From assembly GCF_031769215.1 (NCBI RefSeq), contig NW_026782091.1, forward strand, positions 1,054,001 through 1,118,000: a stretch of 64,000 nucleotides of DNA. The letters are read 5' to 3'. The stretch is from Ylistrum balloti (Eukaryota). Positions within the stretch are counted from its first letter, which is position 1, and every line of letters starts with the position of its first letter. The notes under the pieces are model-generated. The model ran no database searches and had not been told where the DNA came from. It worked only from the letters and a program-made list of their open reading frames with translations. This document shows, one piece after another, positions 46,150 to 60,000 of this stretch. The position numbers and the translations under genes are program-made.

Positions 46150-47850
46150 TGGAGATATAGGAACAGAAACAAGTGACAAATTTTCATCGCCTTCTTCGGA
46201 CAGATAAATTACAAAAATAAATGACAGCATGAATGATTCGCAAAGTATAACACCTGAACAATTTGTATTTGAACGTTTCTCTCATTTACAAAATGCATTT
46301 TAGTAAAGTTATCTCTAAAGAAATCACAGTGAAGAGAATCACGCTCGTGTCTAAGTTTTGTTTCCAGAATGTTAGATTTCCCTCCTCCAAGTCAGTAATG
46401 CATTAAAGTGGTTGTCACTGATAAGGAATTTGAGAAATTATTTAGAGACTAAACTGACTGATCTCAATGAATCATCTCATGTGTTCCAACAGTTAACAGT
46501 AGATGGTATGATGGAGAGGTTTGTAAGAGAGTCTAAATAGGGGGTTCTGTTGTTGTTGTTTCAACAACAGTAAGTGGGTGGTAAATTTAGGATCAAGAGA
46601 CCAGGAGTAATTGCTATGCATCTAATTAAAAAAAATATTTCACCGTTTCCGTCATTAGGAGAGAGTTTCTAACCCAGGCTCATAATACAAAGTTTGATTA
46701 CGCACATACGAATGAAGACCCGTTAAAATCTGGTTGGTCTCTTTCCGTGTATTTTTCAGCTATCAGAATCCAGTTTGGTACAGCCAACAACAAAAAATTC
46801 AGGAGCATATTCTAATAAAACTAGTAAATTGACTGTTGGAGTGCGTTATGACAAAGTAAATATTTCAATTTGTGTAAAGCATTTATCTTTTTCATTGCCG
46901 AAGTATATATTTCATTAATACCACCGCCTCTCTTACCCCACACCACCCCGATCATCATCAGAATTAAATATAACCGCTATATGTTTATGGACATGAGAAT
47001 ATTTCCGTTCAATGCTAACTCTGTGTCTTCATCTAAGTTGGAAATGAACAGTGCATCAGTTTCATTTCTGGATTAAAAATATAACTGGGCATGTATTAGA
47101 CAACGTGATTAATTTATCTACATCTTTCCTAAGTGTTACTTAGAGTTCAAGAAACGAAAATGATGAATGTAAGAGCGAAAAAAAAAGTCATTTGCAAAAA
47201 GACGACAAGTGAATTCGAAAATTTCGCCAATATTGTTGATGAAAATTGAAAACAGAAGCGGTCCAAGAATTTGCCCTTGTGGAACCCCAGCTCCAATAGT
47301 TTCACATAGAGAAGGATAAAAAGTGTTTACAAGTACCTTTTGTTGTCAATGGGATAAATTGTTTTCTAACAAAGTATACATCAAACCTGAAATACCATAC
47401 GATTTTAGCTTTATTCACAAACCTTTATATCAAATTGTCGGAGGTTTCAGATATATTGCAAAAAATATAAACATGTTTATTTTCCTCTTCATGAGCTGAT
47501 AAATATCGATTAGTTGATAAACAGCAGCACGACAGCATAAAACCTGACTGATACTTATAGGACACTCTTTCAAAGACTTTGCCAACAATAGATAAAAGTG
47601 TAATAGGTCTGTAATTAGTTGGGAAATGTTTGTCACGTTTTTTTAAACTAGCCTCTCATGGGCTACTCTCCATATGCCAGGGTAAATTCCTGACCGTAAT
47701 GACATATAAAAAAATATTTCAAAAGGAAGTAAGACATTTATTGCTGTACTTTTCAACATATAGTGGCTGATTCCATCGCAAACTGAGACCTTGCCGAGTT
47801 TAAGGACGCTATGCACATCTAAATATCATAATCAGTTTTGAAGTCCATAA
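46150..47850 (-). mobile_element. Degraded CR1-group LINE, reverse transcriptase and C-terminal region
   Basis: Minus-strand translation across lesions gives DGISH, NYRPITLLSIVGKVFER, KLKSYGISG, GVPQGQILGPLLFSIFINNI, RLFAND, LLEYA, GLETL and NILETKLRH in RT order. Confidence 0.88.
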
Positions 47851-50800
47851 CAGGAATAGTAACATTTCTGTCATCTAACCTCGTTATGGAATAAAACTGG
47901 TCGTTTAACAAACCAATCTTCGTCTTCGGTATACAACAGTTCAGAAAACTCCGTGACAGGGCGTGTGTAACATGTGTCCATTTTTATCTCTTTGTATATG
48001 TGTTTTTTTCTGTTCTTTTCTTCCTTATTTCGGAGAACATCAAAGAAACATTGACGTATTATACAACACGTTTGATATACGTCTCTGAATAAGATGAAAG
48101 CGTCACGATCACTCAGATGTGACGACAACGTAACACTGCAAAAAGTGATTTAAACAATTATCATTGATATTAATGTATATTGACATGACATGACAAGTTC
48201 AAATACAAAATCACATAAAGAGAGAGACAAAGAGAGACAGAGACAGAGAGGGATGGAGACAAACAGAGACAGACAGAGAGGGGAGAGAGGGAGACCACTC
48301 AAAGTACTATGTTTATAGGGAATAAATTCTGGTGTTTGACTCGCGTTGTGGGGAAAAGTCAGTTTTACGGAATCACCCAACTTCCCCATACTTTCATGAC
48401 CTGTTGTTTTTGGAAATCATGAAGCGAAAATTCGTAGTTTCCGCCAAAAGTTGAAAATGTCACGCTGATTTTAGAGCAGCCGGATGATTTCTCTCAAATT
48501 GTCGTAGAATTAAGGTATATTAAGAATTGTGAGTATATTTCCTATTCGGAATGCCTCGGGGCCGGGGTCTTTTCTTCAGTTGGCGATAGAAAACTTTCAA
48601 AGGGTGGGCAGATGACAAAAAATATATTCAGAGGCGTAAATGATCGCGTTTACAAGTTAGTTTAGTAAAAGATAAGACAGTGGAACCATGACCATGTTAT
48701 CATCATTGAGAGGGAAATGTTGCGGCCATGAAATTTGTAAATGGGAAAGCATATTCCACGCAGCGTTAGTTGTTTTCCAGGTTCCCAAATGCATAGCGTC
48801 GCCAGGGAGAGGGCAAGAGGAAGAAATATCTGGAATATCAGTAGTAATGGTGACATATTTGCCATTTATTACCCACGTTAAGGGGATAATTACTATACTA
48901 CTGTGGGGAACGTTTTCATGTCACCATAGTTACGGTGACATCTGACAGAGAAGGAGGGAAGGAGATGAAGAGAGAGCTAGGAACAAACGAATAGTGACAA
49001 ACAGGGACATATACGGATAGACACTGACTGATATAGCCGGATAAAGACGGACTGAGACATGTAGGCAATCTGATAGACGAAGATAGACGGACAGACTGAC
49101 ATAAAGACACAAAACACGCAAACGGACAGACGGATTCGCAGACAGATGGACATACATATATAATTCAGTGGGATTAAATTATAAATAAAAAATAACACTT
49201 GTTTATTTACTTTTGTGGTCAAGCATGTGATTGAAATTTGGCAGAAATCCAAAAGGAAAATATCGCATTGAAAATGACCATAAATTGTTACGATACAAAA
49301 TATAATGATGGTAAAGTATAAAAATGCATCACTTGATTTTATCAACTACAATGAAATACTTTCTACATTATTATTTTCACGTGTTGAAAGACAGTTCATG
49401 AAAGAATTAATCAGATCAAAGGAATAATTACCATTTTTCAAATTATTAAAAAGCAGATCATATGATTCCATTATAGAAACAGAAGATTGAATTTTAAAAG
49501 GTGCGATATATAACACCCTTATCAGCTTTTTATAGAAATTAGCAAAAATACAATCATGAGAATACATGGCATTAATCAAAATACTCAATAAATATGACGT
49601 CATTCTTTGATGTTTGAAGTGCGATAGTCGTTAGTAAACCGACTCGCGTCCGGAAATTGAAACTAATTTTTTCACGATTTCGACTTTAGCGTTATTGTTT
49701 GATAAAATTATAATTGATTCCAGAACCGACAACGTGATACCGTTTACCCTAAGGAATTAGTCGCTTTGATATCAAAGTCATATTAATGAGGAGGCGACAT
49801 CGATTTCTGTATGGGATTACGGTGTTGTTGAGATCGACTGATCACACAATAGGTGTTCGTCCCTTTGATGTTTCAATGGACAGAGTAGGTTTAGCCGTTT
49901 TTTGTTTTTATTTGTTTTTTGGGGTTGGTGAAAGGACGAAGAGGTCGGATGAGATCGATTACTTTTGTTATAATCATATTGGAAATATTTCATTTGTGTT
50001 TTGCGATACTTTTGAGCAAAAAGGGACAAATGCGTCTTTTAATTAATAGCCCGAAATTAGTGTTTACAGTAGTGAGCGCGGTTTATTTTTCTAGGAGTTT
50101 ATTGGTACAAAGTATTTCTCTTATACATACAATATTTCATAACGTATATAGCAAAAGCTTGAAATAAATTACTACCACTAATATCGAGTTACGACGACAA
50201 TGTGTATCGAATATTTGTCTATTTTCCCCATTTTTTTTGTTTTTTGAGATCTTTCTGGTATCAAAATCTTCTTTGGTATACAGAATAGACTATAGTACCC
50301 ATGAAATCGAAGTTCTGTATGTAACCAAAAATTATGGGCCCAAGTGTTTGGCATATCCTGCACTGGTCTGTGACCTTTTTGACAGATAAAAAATTAGTGA
50401 CGTATAATTAGGCGATTTCTTACTATGGTCATGTCGAGAATTTCCAGCCGTCTATCAGTACAACTTTCAATCATCTTTTATTGTGGATGTCGGGTGGTGT
50501 GATTGTTAGGCAGACTGGAATTTCTAGACTAAGCGATTTGGTGCCGTAGACCGCGATTTCGAAGCACGGACATGAATCAAAATTGTCCTCCTTCGTTCAT
50601 TGTGTGCAAAATATCAATTATTCACCTAATGCAGCGTATACATTAATGTTGTTGATCTGGAGGTTCTGGGTTTGAATTACTTGTAGTGATTACACTCCAG
50701 TCATTTCTAATTTCTTCTTCGTTGTTAATTGTGTACTGGAGTGGTGTGTACACTGCATTTTTCTACCTGAAATATTATTTTAGACAGTTATTTTTGTATT

Positions 50801-53800
50801 TTGTTTTATTTAAGCTACTTTAAAAAGCCAATAATCTCCATTCATTCAACTTTGTACAAAGTGATTAATCAGACCGACAACAGATTGAAGAGCAAAATGT
50901 CTGAATCAGTTTTGGAGGAAAAGGTTTTCAGACTTGAATTCGTGGGTTTTTTTAAATTTTGTTTTTTAAGGCCAAAAAGAAAATACGCAGCAGAATTGTA
51001 AATGCAAACACACACACACATATATATATTTGAACCAATCAATTACTTGTAGCTAAAATGGAGAGTTTAACGAGCCTCAATACCGTTAATATTACATGTT
51101 TACATGAATGGCCCCATGGGTATATAAAGTTGCATTGTTCTGTGGCCTACTAGATCTGAGAGAAATGATGTGATCGTGTCAATGAGTGATGATGTCCCTG
51201 AAACTGAACGATAACGCCCTCGGGGCTGATTTCCGGCAAACAGGACAGTCGTGTCTTGACTGACCACTGTTTATTGACCAAATCTAACAACTGTCCAGTC
51301 TTCCATCTAGTATACAAATAACACTTTGATGTTTCTTTGAGGTACAGACGAGAGCAAGTCCAAGCGAGCGGAGAAGATTCGGCGATGACACGGGTGCCAA
51401 CTCGATCCAACTTTCCCATTTTTGACACAAACTACCTTTTTTTTTATGTTACCTCCATTATGTGCATGTTATTTGAGCCACGACGATATCTAGCGCCAAA
51501 TTTTAGAACTACCACTTTTATTAATAGAACTTCATTTATAAAAATGTTTCACATTAGACAAATCAGAACGCAGCGTTTTCTTTACTGCAATAATGCCCCC
51601 CGTCCCCTCCCCCCTCAGTCTGGACCCATCATTATTTGTACCTGTGTTGCAACAAATAATTGTCATCTCAATATCGAAATTATCAATACTTCCTAAATTC
51701 TTTTCAATTTATATCTTAAATTAGTCTTGAACCTAACACTTTGAATGAAGTCATAACCGTGTTAATCTTTCTTTCATCGGCGAAAGGCGTATACTGTAGA
51801 TGTACGTGCAAGGTCGTGACCTTTTTTCACATATGGGCAAACTGATATCGTTAAAAATCGACAAGTATTTAGTCCATTCAAGATTTTGAGAAACATTAGT
51901 AAATCAATTTTGTCACAAATTCAAGAAAAATCGACAAATATTGCAACAACCGGTTTGTCGACATCGCCAGGACCAATAATTGTTATTTTATAAAAGAATA
52001 ACGGTGACAAAATTGAGTTTCCTTAGTAAACAGGTAGAGTAATATCAAAGCGAGGTTCAGGTTACTGATAACACACTAAATAGCCATGCCGTCTTTCACG
52101 GAATGAAACGAAATCGCACGAAGTGATATTTTCGGGGAGTGCGAGTACTTCTCGTAAAAGGGCTGCAACAGGCTGGAATCACATGGACCACAAAAGTTTG
52201 TGAAAAACACATAAATGTAATGAGAGTACATCGTAATCAATGATGATAAATAGCGAGACTGACACAACCAATTCTTCAGATTTTGAGCATGATGAGACTT
52301 AAGTTTGGGTTCATATACCACTACAACGTATTTAGTATTCGTTCTATTCAATGTTTGTAAAATAAGCTAGAAATTATTAAAAACATGGTTCAGCTGATAA
52401 ACTTTACAGTAAATAACTGATATGTTTAACAGATATTCCTACACAGTTTAGGAAAGGCGTTGAACTGTACTCATTTAATATCGTTAGCAGGTAAAGGAGT
52501 TGGTAACGTCACCACTTCTTTTGCCGCTGACCTTTGATCTCACGACCTTGACACGGCAATCTTCACACAATTATCTCATTGATGTTTGAGCACTTTATCT
52601 TGTATAACATCTAATGGATATCCAGCATTTACATCAATCACGGTTATAATATTTTCTATACTTTGTGTACTCATTACTCTCAGTACTTTGATTCAACGTA
52701 CCATCGAGCATTGTACCCATGTTCAATGAACCGTATCCCCAACAGGCTGTCGCTATTGCATGTCTACAGGACGATTAGTGAACTATAAACTACGGGAGTA
52801 CTTTTTAGCTTGTTAGCTAATACAATCAGATAGACAATCAAACGGGAGATGCTTGTATGGGATTTTAGCTGGAAAGTGAAATATATATCCGGCAAGAATA
52901 TCGAATCTTTAGTTGAGTATCACAAAGTATCGCATTTATCTACCGTATCAATTAAGAGGGCTTAACATCCGTTATTACGTCCTTTCAGTCTTTAAGCAGC
53001 CGAGACGGAACCCTATCCCACCTTATATCGGTGAGGTAAAGACAAGGAGTGCATTCTGCGGGAAATGTTCCTGGGAAAAGTCCGGAGTATGTTCCCATTA
53101 TTCTAAAAAACACCCAGAAAAACAATATTATTACAGACGCTTAACAACTGTTGTTCGAGTTGTATTTGATAATCAGCTTTAGAGTTGTAACAACTCGGCG
53201 TTTTGTCTTGAGGCGTAGATTAATATCGGTATTTATGGAGAGCCTTACCAACCTGATAAAAAGGTGAGGTGTTACTGGGGTATGTTACCAACCTGACCGG
53301 TTGGTCGGTGGTTTAGCTAGTTAGTTGTTGGTTACAGGTTTTTCGTCCCCGTGGCTCTTTCTATTTAAAGGCATTCTGACAACGTCAAACCTAAACCAAC
53401 CGAAAAAAAAAACAATCACTTGAGTTGAAGGAGAACTTTTATAAGCCCTTTTCGTATTTTCAGGACGATGTGCGAAGTCCATTATGTTAATTTGAACAAA
53501 ATTTACTTTCGATCAAAATCTTCACCCATTTAAAAACACATTAATACAAATTTCCGATGAATTGTTGGTGTTCAAAACTGAATTTCTATGCGAGAAGTTC
53601 AACGTAGAGAATCAGAATTATCACCTTCTAAAGACTAATCGAAACAATAGTCACATGATTCATAAAAAAGCAATAATAACAAAGGTCCAACTACAGAACC
53701 CTGAGAAACGCCATTTGGTTGATTAAGGATTTCTCGTCTTCACGCCTCCATCTATCGCTAAGTGGCGTTTCATTAACAGATGTCGCATTCTCGGCCCCCA

Positions 53801-56149
53801 TCGGCTGTCACTAAAATATACTGAAACGAAGGGCAGTAACTCTGCAAGATCAGAATGCAGATGTCGATACAATGTCGACGTTTGTTTACGTCAGTAAAAC
53901 GTCTAAAGTTAAGACTGATTATTATTATACAGATAAAATGTGACAACAAAGCAACAATGAATATAAAAATATAAGGAAATCAACCAACAGTGCTACTTTA
54001 TCAACCAATATCAAGGACCCTGTATCAAATAACGTAAGTGTAAGGCCTCGCACTTGCTGACACGCCGTCAGGCACAGAAGAAAGGAGTGTGGGGGAGGGG
54101 ATTCATAGACTAAGATCGAAAGTCGTTTCGGGGATTCCACGGAGTTTGGTAATTCTCTACTTTTGATGATTTAAACAGAAGTATACTAGATCATTTGGAG
54201 GATTCTAAGCTTCCAGAGTTACTGCTCTTCGCCTCACTCTGTCAGTACAAATGGTATGACGATAACGGAGACCGGTGATGGCCGAAGTTTTTACAGAGAG
54301 TAGTATGCCTTTTCGAAATCTAGTCATGTTTTCATTTTATGAATATTGCTCGATTGAACACTTTGAGATGGCGGCCGGCTTAAACATGAAAATCGTACGA
54401 ATTAAAAAGACAGTTTTTGTTATCAGGGTCAAAGAGATTTTCCACACCATTCTGGGCAGTTTTTTTTATATCTGTAAACGTTTTAAAATCAATGTTAATG
54501 CACAGCTATAAGAATTTACTTCCGAAAATAAGAGACCACTATTATGATCTAAATTTTAACTTTTGACCCGATTTTGCTCACGTGCGTCTGTGTAGCATAC
54601 ATAAACGTTGGTCATTAATAGTTTGACAAAGTCTGAAGCGTTTTCGCACCTTCGCGTTTCTATGTCCTTGGAGTTATAAAATCACAGTTCGCTCCGCCGC
54701 TCAAAGCCAAGAAAATCTTCAGCCATTAACAATGAGGTGTGGCGATGGACTATTTTCATCTGGGAATATACAGATCAAAGACTTTGGTATGTCATAAACT
54801 CAATCTGCTGGTTCGCGAGGAAAATCTCGCGTGTCAAACTGACCAGAAGGAATCTTTAGTAACCATAAAAATCATACAACTGGACTGAACACGAGGCTAT
54901 AGTTTCCCAAAGATTTGTCAACTTTAGACTCTAAAGGATGTAGAATTCCCTTTCTTCGTTCACATCTATGTTAAAATGAAAAGCAAAGTGAATATGAAAC
55001 ACATTCACCATATTTCACGGAAAAATAAATTGGCTAGTTTAAAAAATATATCTGTGTGTTAATTATTATTATTTTTGATAAACATCCCTGCATTAAATAG
55101 CACCGTGCTGTTTGTACGTTAGTTTTTACGATAGGCCATGTGTCCAGTACTGACCAAAGGAGAATACACTGGCTACTGATCAAAGAATCGACCATCAGAT
55201 AGCCATAAACTGGACATCAGAGTAAACAGGACTCTGACTGACCAACGGTCAGCGCTGGATAAAAATCTTATCACGGAGAGCTTTTAAACGGTCATTATTA
55301 CAAGACGAGCGGTCGGTAAAAAAGAACACAGTACTTACTGACATACCAAATACACACTATCTCAAAATCCACATATGTAGACACTTCCAAATTACCATAG
55401 TTAAAAAATAAATTGATTTAATAAGATATCCATGTCTGAATTAAAACAGTCAAACGATATTAAACTATAATTCGGGTCCATTAAAATGGCTTTATCAATT
55501 CTGTTTCTCGCAGACAAATCGTCGAAATTATCTTCAATCAATATTGCAATGATACACAAGGGACGTAACTCTGCATGTCACCACATGTCACAGATTAATA
55601 ACACGGAACTTTAATTATTAATCCGAAATTTACATAAATCTATCTTTAGACAACGGTATAGAAATCTCAACGATATGTGGTAATAGGATTTGTTCAATAT
55701 ACTTTTTTTTTGTCGGCGTGTTTTTGAAGATCGTCAAAGCTTGCATTACAATACTTATCAACCGAGTAAAAGAGGACTTGTCTTTTGTAGTCCAGTAGTC
55801 CGTTACAATGCAAAGGCTCAAGTGTCGGCGAGATCAAAGAGAATCGCTATCCCCATGACGTAATGAAATATGTTATTCTATCTGTTCATGTCAGTAATAA
55901 AGCCTAGGTAATTCTAGACTATCGGTATAAATAGTTGTTCAGTAAGTTAATATAGTTCCCTATAGTAAGTGGCGATTAATTGAAAAGTCAGGAATGGATG
56001 GGAACGGACCAGTCAGCAGACGTTGTAGCGGTCTGCAGTTGTCATGGATAAGTACAGACCTATATCCATTAAACTATTGGAAATATCAGTTTACTCGTCC
56101 GTACCACACGCGCCGCATCAAATACCTCATTTACCCGTTGTACACCACC

Positions 56150-58140
56150 ACACAGCATCATACAACTACACCCCGCACTGCATCACATCTCACAACATTA
56201 TTTCATCACAACACACTCTAATCGCACACCACGCCTCACAACACCAGCTCACCACACAACACCATTTCAAGACAACTCTCATAACACCATCTTACCACAC
56301 AACACCATCTCACCACCATCTCAACACACACCACACATCACCTCATAACACCAGCTAACCACTCACATTTTCTCTACACACCTAACAACACCACCTCACA
56401 TTACAACACCATCTCAAGACACAACAGCATTTCAACACACACCTCATAACACCATCTTACCACTCAACACCAGCTCACCACACAACACCTCTTCTACACA
56501 CACCTCAAAACGTCATCTCACCAACCACGAACAACATGATCTCACTACTTCACCTCACAGCAATTGTTCTCAATACACATCATAACACCATCTTTTCTCC
56601 ACAATTCACTACACCATCTCACCACACAACGCCATTTCATCACATAACTCACACCTAACAACACCATTTCACAACACCATAGCACCGTCTCATTTCACAA
56701 CACCACCTTACCACACACTTAAAAATACTAGCTCACCATTTCATCTCAACACCATTTCGCTACACCTAACAACACAATCTTATTACCTCACCAAACACGA
56801 TCTTACCACATAACACCATCTCACCACACAACACCTTTTCTCCACACACTTCATAACACCATCTCACCACACACACCACAACATCATTTCATCACATACC
56901 TCATAACGCCATCTCACCACTCAACACCGTTTTAATGTACCACATTACCCAAAACTACATCACCCCCACCACTTATCACACCCTCAACACACCGTCCCAC
57001 AATACAACACCTCAAACCGCATCAGTCCTCATCACAACACCACACACACAACATCCCACAATACATCAACTCACATCACACTGTCCCACAAGACAGCACC
57101 TCACACCGCATCAGTCCTCATCACAACACCACACACAACATCCCACAATACATCACACTTCATCACGTCACACCACGAGACAACACCTCACATCACGTCA
57201 ACCATCATCACAACACACCACAACATCTCATTTGACATGACATGACATCACATCACTTCACAAAATAACATGTCACAACAAGCCACATCAAACCACAACA
57301 CATAACATCATCCCTCGTCACAACACCCTACAACACAACACCCCACAACACAACACACCAGCCCTCGTCATAACACCCCACAACACAAGACATCACGTCA
57401 TCCCTTGTCACAACACCATACAACACAACACCCCACAACACAACACATCACGTCAGCCCTCGTCACAACACACTACAACACAACCTCACAACAGCCCACA
57501 ACACAACACATCACGTCATCCCTCGTCATAACACTCCACAACACAACACATCACGTCATCCCTCGTCACAACACCCCACAACACAACACATCACGTCATC
57601 CCTCGTCACAACACATCACATCACGTCATCCCTCGTCACAACACCCTACAACACAACACCTCACGTCATACCTCGTCACAACACCCTACAACACAATACC
57701 CCACAACACATCATGTCATCCCTCGTCATAACACCCCACAACACAAGACATTAAACCATCCCTCATCACAACACCCTACAACACAATACCCCACAACAAA
57801 ACACATCACGTCACCCCTCGTCACAACACCCTACAACACAATACCCCACAACACATCATGTCATCCCTCGTCACAACACCCTACAACACATCACATCACG
57901 TCATCCCTCGTCGCAACACTCCGCAACACAACGCATCACGTCATCCCTCGTCACAACACCCTACAACACAACACCCCACAACACAACACCTCACGTCATC
58001 CCTCGTCACAACACCCCACAACACAACACATCACGTCATCCCTCGTCACAACACCCTACAACACAACACCCCACAACACAACATCCCACATTACGTCACC
58101 CCAAATCACATCAAAACACACCGCAACACATGTAAACACA
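56150..58140. repeat. C/A-rich low-complexity and minisatellite tract; the 57290-58110 part has a ~40-bp modular unit
   Basis: The plus strand is very G-poor over about 1.1 kb, followed by recurring CACAACAC / TCACGTCATCCCTCGT modules. Confidence 0.9.
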
Positions 58141-59829
58141 CCAGATATCCCGACTGTCAAATCACATTTACTCTAGATCACTAAACGTTAGCACAAGAGG
58201 ACGTTACAACTATATGCCCTACAGCCATAATTTCAATCGCCCTCTGTTCTACCTGTGTCTACCTGTCGGCACTATGTCCTTTCTTTGGCGTTATCAGACC
58301 GAAGTTTCATCACATCTTTCGTCGTCTTCATCCCCTTTCTTCTTAAAACAATACATTCTTTCATCTTGTACACATCAAACCTTGGCTATTTTCCAATCAG
58401 TAGTAAATTCGCCGTTGGATACTTGTAACAAAAACGATTGTTAAAATCTAGCAAAAATTAAAACCCCATTAAGAATTATTGTGACTTGGAGACATTTTTA
58501 TAACTATCCAACTAATCGTGTCAACATTAGGCTGTGTTTTCCTATTTTCTTTGAATTCGTATTCACACAAACGCACGTTATCTTTGAAACGAAAGAAAAA
58601 CAGCATTTGTTGTAGTCGGCTCAGTCGCCTCTACGGCAGTGTGGTATAATGGAGTCAAGCACAGCGTGACAAAGGGCCGCGGTCCCTTTGAAGATGAGAG
58701 GGCCGTATGTAGCACTGTGTGGATGGCGTACTAAGGCGTTGAAAGGAATGCTCTCGAATTACAAAGCCATAAGCATGACAATGAACAAGAACACACATTT
58801 ATATTAAAATATTTATGTTGAATTAGAAGCCTTACGTAATAAAATATATTGAAAATTAATTCAATACTGGAAACAATACTTATATGGGTTTCTATTCTAA
58901 CATGTTATCTGTTAATATAAACACAAAGAGATAAAAAAAAAAGATTTAAATGAAAAAAAAAATAATATGAAAATAAAAAATAAAAATAAAATAAAAAAAA
59001 AATCTTTCAAATAAAGTTTAACTATTTGTTAATAACAAGAATACTCATACGAATTACCAGGAATACTTATTTATCTTTATGGATTTTTTTATATTGAATA
59101 AAAGATTTACATCAATACACATTTGAAGGATAACTTCTGATAAAAACATGTGCTAAATATATTGTCTGTATGTTGATTCGAAATCAGACCGACCAGAAAT
59201 CTTGTATCAAACACTTTATTCGAAAGAACGTGCATGAAAAGATTTAGTTTAAAAAATCACGGGGCCGCACTTACAAGTTGATTTATAACTCAAGCTCAAC
59301 GCACTGACCAGGGACTTCAAAGCGCGCCCCGAGCTTATGTATGTAATTTATAGGGGCAACGAATTATCCATAAAGGAACATTATACCGACAGATTTTGTC
59401 ATTTCAGTAACTTTGTTTAAGTCAGAAACGACACAACATGTTTCTTCATGTTTCAATCTAAAACATCTCTTTGTCAAGTTTTTATGGAATCACTTGGTTA
59501 TTTCCATATTTTAATATTAAAACACATTTAAGATCTAAGAGTTTACATTCTCCCTACTGACTGTTGTCTATCGGAAGCTATCAAATGTTAGAAATAGGTG
59601 AAGGGGAGACCAGGTTGACTAAAACGACTTTTTTATAATTATGAAAGGGGCCATATCTGTCTATCATATAAAATCAGGTTTACATTAAATTTTCTGAAAT
59701 GTGTATAATATCGCCTGCAGTCATATTATCTAACTGTAATTATGATCGAATTTTATATTTACGTTCACCAGTCTGATACCCCTTGGCATGTTGGACTCGC
59801 CAAAAACATTTTTGTGAATGCTGATTTTA

Positions 59830-60000
59830 TCTTCCCGCTGATTGGTGCGGTACATCTAAAGGCTTGTGACGTCACTATGTAACAAGGATTGTCGGCGGCG
59901 GGCATGTGGCTTTGATGTTTAGAATCGTCTCGGATTCAAAACTTTGAAATTAGTGAGACGCCATTTTTGTTTTATATGCATAAGAAGCAAATCGGAACAG
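59830..60000 (+). promoter_or_regulatory. Candidate Axin promoter and non-coding first exon
   Basis: A locally CpG-richer patch with inverted CCAAT (GATTGG, 59840), palindromic CRE GTGACGTCAC (59866), TCF cores (59910, 59942) and YY1-like CGCCATTTT (59959). Donor CAG|GTACGT is at 60000/60001 and a matching acceptor is at 61800. Confidence 0.55.

Noticed and set aside
51180-51232. Box C (GTGATGA) and box D (CTGA) pair suggesting a snoRNA
   Set aside because: The span is only about 45 nt, with no terminal stem and no host intron.
56044-58184. His/Thr-rich ORFs of about 100 aa
   Set aside because: They are by-products of CA-rich low-complexity DNA that rarely forms stop codons.
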